Source of the DNA: Candidatus Omnitrophota bacterium
GTDB lineage: Bacteria > Omnitrophota > Gorgyraeia > Tantalellales > Tantalellaceae
Reading direction: 5' to 3'
Assembly (NCBI GenBank): GCA_015231405.1
Contig: JADGBR010000001.1
Span: forward strand, 5,859-69,858
DNA: 64,000 nt
Below are positions 60,442 through 64,000 of the stretch, piece by piece (positions within the stretch are counted from its first letter, which is position 1; the number at the start of each line of letters is the position of its first letter). A model generated the notes under the pieces. The model was not told the origin of the DNA. It saw nothing but the letters and a program-made list of their open reading frames with translations, and searched no databases. The position numbers and the translations under genes were made by a program.

Positions 60442-61965
60442 TTGATCATGCGAAGACGGCAAAAATATTCTTTTAGCGCTAATGCGGGTGGAGGACCGGG
60501 CGTTCGGTTCGCGGCGGTGGCGTTTATCTTAATTGTTATTGCCGCGCTTCAGCCCTCCCAGTCGTTCGCCGAGGCGAAGCAGGAAAAAAAGAAGGTCGAA
60601 AGGTCGGCGTTAACGGCGGAGCTTTCCAAGAACCCTTTCGCGTTGACGATCGCGGACAATATCCCGGTAAAGAAAACACGTGAAGAGTTCGGGTTCGACG
60701 ATCGGAAGATCATATGGTCCGCATCCATCCGGAACGGGCTTGGCGCTTACAACAGGAAAGATTACCTGGTGTGCTGGTATGGGCCTGACGGAATGATATT
60801 TTCCAAACAGGAACCGAAATTCTTTTATTTTGACTGTAGCGGATTAAGATCCGAACTCCTTGTAGATAAACTATCCATGGGGGATAAATGCGGAGTTTGG
60901 AAAATGGAGGTGATCTTTAATAATCAGATCATCGATGAAAAATATTTTTATCTCGGGGAATCCCGGGGAGCGGGAGTCTCTGATGAAGAGAAGAAAAATA
61001 TAGATTCGATCCTTTCCCGGGACGTTCAAGCTTCCATGGACATCGAAGAAGCCAAGAACTTTTCTCGGAAAGAGCTGGCGAGCTGTATATTTAAGGATAA
61101 CATCGATCCGAACCTTTCCGCCGGGGTCCGTGAAATTTACCTTACCGCCGATAAGAACGATCGGCCAGCGATAAATTTTAACGGGAAAGTGTATATCCCA
61201 AGAGACTTTAAAGAGCTGGTATGGGTGGGCATTTTTAAGACTTTCTGGGGAGTCGGTAAGAATAATTTAGAGGTTTATTGGCTTGACCCTGACAAGAAGA
61301 TAGTTCAGCAGAATAATGCACAGATGATCGTGTGTGATAGGGCGGATTTTCGGCTCAAACGGGAAACTCTCGACGGAGTTCCAGATGGGGAATGGGCCGT
61401 GATATGTTACGCAGAAAATAAAAAGATCTCACAGAATAATTTTATTATAGCCGGTGACGAGGAATACTCAAGGATACTGGCTGATGAAGAGAAGCGGGTG
61501 TCGATCAAACGGTTGGAAAATGGATCAGAAAAGAATAAAAAGAGGCCGGCGGTTGAACCACTTAAGGGTGGGAAGCCAAAACCAAAGATATACTGGGATG
61601 TGAAAAAGGGGGCCGATAAGGCCGAAATTTCCGAAAAATGGGCCGATCCTGACAGAGTTATCGTGATAGATCCGGAGCATGAAGTCTGGGTTTACTGGAC
61701 TGTTCTATCCCATGACGCTTATTCGTCAAGCCGGGCGGGTGGGATTGCCTCCGGCGGGAACATTTTAGGCGCATTGTTGTATTCAGCTATATCCGCGTCG
61801 GTCGATACCGCCTTTCAGAGCGGGAGTATCCTTGTCCTGTATTATGAGCAGGGGAAAGTCAGGGATGTCGCGGTGAAACAATCAGTTTACCTCGAAGAAG
61901 TCGATAAAATTACTCTCAATGAACTAAAAACCCTGATAAAAGATATCCCGGTCAAACAGGGATAA
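60442..61965 (+). CDS. exported hypothetical protein with internal ~100-aa duplication
   Basis: Signal-like N-terminus; segments IIWSASIRNG...YLVCWYGPDGMIFSKQ and LVWVGIFKTFWG...LEVYWLDPDKKIVQQ look paralogous. Confidence 0.4.
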   Translation: MIMRRRQKYSFSANAGGGPGVRFAAVAFILIVIAALQPSQSFAEAKQEKKKVERSALTAELSKNPFALTIADNIPVKKTREEFGFDDRKIIWSASIRNGLGAYNRKDYLVCWYGPDGMIFSKQEPKFFYFDCSGLRSELLVDKLSMGDKCGVWKMEVIFNNQIIDEKYFYLGESRGAGVSDEEKKNIDSILSRDVQASMDIEEAKNFSRKELASCIFKDNIDPNLSAGVREIYLTADKNDRPAINFNGKVYIPRDFKELVWVGIFKTFWGVGKNNLEVYWLDPDKKIVQQNNAQMIVCDRADFRLKRETLDGVPDGEWAVICYAENKKISQNNFIIAGDEEYSRILADEEKRVSIKRLENGSEKNKKRPAVEPLKGGKPKPKIYWDVKKGADKAEISEKWADPDRVIVIDPEHEVWVYWTVLSHDAYSSSRAGGIASGGNILGALLYSAISASVDTAFQSGSILVLYYEQGKVRDVAVKQSVYLEEVDKITLNELKTLIKDIPVKQG

Positions 61966-62059
61966 GTAATTCAATCGATCCTTATTTCCGTCCCTGCCAG
62001 AAAATTGCTAATTTGGTATTAGTGTTGTCTTTTGACGGGTGATATGTAAAATATACGGG

Positions 62060-62776
62060 ATGAATAGAGACAATACGCTCAAGTACGCCATTGTAATATC
62101 CTTGGTTCTTCACTTGGGGGTGGTATTCCCGTGGATGTTTTTGCGTTCCAAGGCGCAGGATGAGGTAGGCGGGAGGATACCTGAAGGTGTTTATACCGTT
62201 GTGGATATGGGTCAGGTGGTCATTGAAAAGGGTGTGACGCCTGTTAGTGAAAATGCCGCCCTGGATGAGACTTCCGCCGTTAACGATATCAAGATGCCTC
62301 CGCTAGGCGAGTCGCGGATAAACGAGACTATAGCGCCGCCTGCGAATGTGATCCCGCCAAAAGAGGCCCCGTTGCCTTCCAAGGTTCCCGTAGGGCCTGC
62401 AAAAAGTTCATTGCCTGTCCAGGAGACGACTAAAAGTTCGGATGAGTCGAACGGGAAGTCTCTGGAAGGAACTTATACGGACGAGGAGAAGAAAGCGGCG
62501 TATGCGGATTATTTCGACTCGATCCGGGATAAAATAAAGAGATCGGCCGCCAGCATTGTGAGGACAGATTATACCGGTGAGGTAGAAGCTGTTTTTACCC
62601 TTGCTCCGAATGGTGAGCTTCTAAGGATAGACGATGTCATTTCTCCTCTAGTACCTACATTGGCTTCTAAGACCATTAAAAGCATACGCAAAGCCTCTCC
62701 GTTCCAGCCTTTTCCCGCCGAAATAGGCGACTCGCCGATCACTTTTTCGTTGAAGATCAAGTTCACGGCGAAGTGA
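62060..62776 (+). CDS. TonB-like energy transducer
   Basis: N-terminal TM anchor, Pro-rich spacer (PPANVIPPKEAPLPSKVPVGP), C-terminal TonB-CTD-like YADYFDSIRDKIKR...TFSLKIKF. Confidence 0.6.
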   Translation: MNRDNTLKYAIVISLVLHLGVVFPWMFLRSKAQDEVGGRIPEGVYTVVDMGQVVIEKGVTPVSENAALDETSAVNDIKMPPLGESRINETIAPPANVIPPKEAPLPSKVPVGPAKSSLPVQETTKSSDESNGKSLEGTYTDEEKKAAYADYFDSIRDKIKRSAASIVRTDYTGEVEAVFTLAPNGELLRIDDVISPLVPTLASKTIKSIRKASPFQPFPAEIGDSPITFSLKIKFTAK

Positions 62777-62779
62777 TTT

Positions 62780-62814
62780 AGTTGTCAGTTGTCAGTTGTC
62801 GGTTACTGGTTGGT
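62780..62814. repeat. degenerate heptamer array (AGTTGTC x3, GGTTACT, GGTTGGT)
   Basis: Read directly after the TonB-like gene stop. Confidence 0.7.
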
Positions 62815-62934
62815 TTATAAGCTATCATATTGACAAAACATTTTTATTAAATTAACATAATGGTTGCAGGATATAGCCGATTAAGCCCTTATTTTAGGGG
62901 CGTGACAATAACCTGGAGGATGTATTAATCGTAT

Positions 62935-64000
62935 TTGGGTGTTTTGCTTTCTTATACTTTTTTCTGTTCTTATCTTTCCATTCACAGCGTTCCCAGAGCA
63001 CGGATCCGATGTTTATAGCAAGGTGTTGGATAACGGGGCGGTTTTCCTGTATAAGCAGGTTCCCGGGTCGGAGATAAGCATAGTCCAGATCAGGGTGCTT
63101 TCCGGGTTATCTAACGAAGGCGAATACGCCGGTTCCGGAATATCCCATTTCCTCGAACATCTTCTTTTTAAGTCTACGCATGATAAGGATTCGAAAGAGG
63201 TTTTCGCCGAGATCCGCGGTATGGGAGGGATCATTAACGGGTTTACGGGCATGGATTCCGCCGCTTACCACATTACTGTCCCTAACGAGAATCTGGAACA
63301 AGCCGTAAATTTACTGTCAGACCTGGTTATGGACCTTGTTTTTACGGACGAGGAGATGGAAAAGGAACGGGGAGTGATACTCCGCGAGATCGGGATGTAC
63401 GATGACGACCCAGGGGATAAAAGGCTAAAACAGCTTTTTTTTGGCGCTTACACCACGAACGTTTACAGGTACCCGATCATAGGGTATAAGGATAGGTTTG
63501 AGAAGATAAAGAGAGATGATATTTTAAAGTATCATTCGATCGCATATTCGCCTGACAGGATGGTCGTAGGGGTAGCCGGAGGGGTATCCCGCGAGGACGC
63601 TTTGCGATACGTCGTAAACAAGTTCAGCGGCTATAAAAGGGGGCTTGCCGGCATGGCGGCTCCCGTGCCCCTAGAACCCGGGCAATTGGATGAGCGGACC
63701 GTAAAGTCCGAAATGGACATAAATCTCGGATATTTAGCCATAGGCTTCCATACCACAGACCTGTATTCTAAAGATATTTACCCGATGGATACCCTTGCGG
63801 CGATCCTGGGGGAAGGACGGGACTCCAGGTTATACCAGAGGCTCGTCCGCGATAAAGAGCTTTTGTATTCCATTTCCGCCGAGAACATGACCCCGAGATA
63901 CCCGGGGCTTATGGTAATTACCGGTGAAGGCGATCCCGGGAAGCTGGCCGAAGCCCGCGAGGAGATATCCAAGGTAATTGACGAGCTCAAAACCGTCCCG
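62935..64000 (+). CDS. M16 (pitrilysin/insulinase) family zinc peptidase, 3'-truncated by window end
   Basis: Not in the ORF track because it has no stop in the window. Frame from TTG 62935 encodes hydrophobic leader then ...GSGISHFLEHLLFKS (HxxEH inverted zinc motif) and stays open to 64000. Confidence 0.75.

Noticed and set aside
3160-62814. Heptamer arrays considered as CRISPR or other spacer-repeat arrays
   Set aside because: Units are 7 nt with no unique spacers and no cas genes; not CRISPR.

Overview
This window is a conserved bacterial core region, read on the plus strand unless stated; the hunt turned up repeats, extensions and small gene clusters rather than one self-contained undescribed multi-gene system. 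Positions ~10.4 to 42.9 kb are one contiguous plus-strand ribosomal/transcription super-operon: tRNA-Gly, tRNA-Thr, tuf, rpmG, tRNA-Trp, secE, nusG, rplK-rplA-rplJ-rplL, rpoB, rpoC, rpsL-rpsG-fusA and a second, near-identical tuf. These are followed by the S10, spc and alpha operons (rpsJ through rplQ, including secY, adk, map, infA and rpmJ), with no rpmD (L30) gene, and the block ends at a clear rho-independent terminator. Downstream are mutS, mutL and nth, a SIMPL-like secreted protein, a thermonuclease, an isolated leuC-leuD pair, and lipB with an overlapping stand-alone lipoyl-domain gene. After that come a three-gene putative glycolipid cassette (GT28, acyltransferase, GT2), a small membrane protein, a cobalamin riboswitch with its terminator upstream of a TonB-dependent receptor, a PEP-CTERM protein, a 507-aa exported protein, a TonB-like protein and a 3'-truncated M16 peptidase. 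The first 10 kb are accessory-like. They hold a 5'-partial 616-aa protein coupled to an HExxH metallopeptidase-like gene and a small secreted protein, three stand-alone PilZ proteins around a PflX/AmrS-like radical SAM enzyme, a FecR-domain protein and a CBS-pair protein, a DUF45 hydrolase, an LhgO-like flavoprotein, a MORN-repeat protein and a Gly-zipper/Q-rich protein. The most unusual signal I see is non-coding. At least ten intergenic spacers are built from degenerate tandem arrays of 7-nt words (for example AGCTNTC, GTGGTTC, GAATCCA, AGTTGTC, ACCGCTA), reminiscent of STRR-type heptamer repeats, plus a dispersed ~50-nt structured element present twice. Several ribosomal proteins (L7/L12, S5, L22, L17) carry long K/E/A-rich extensions. 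I saw no CRISPR arrays, transposases or integrases.
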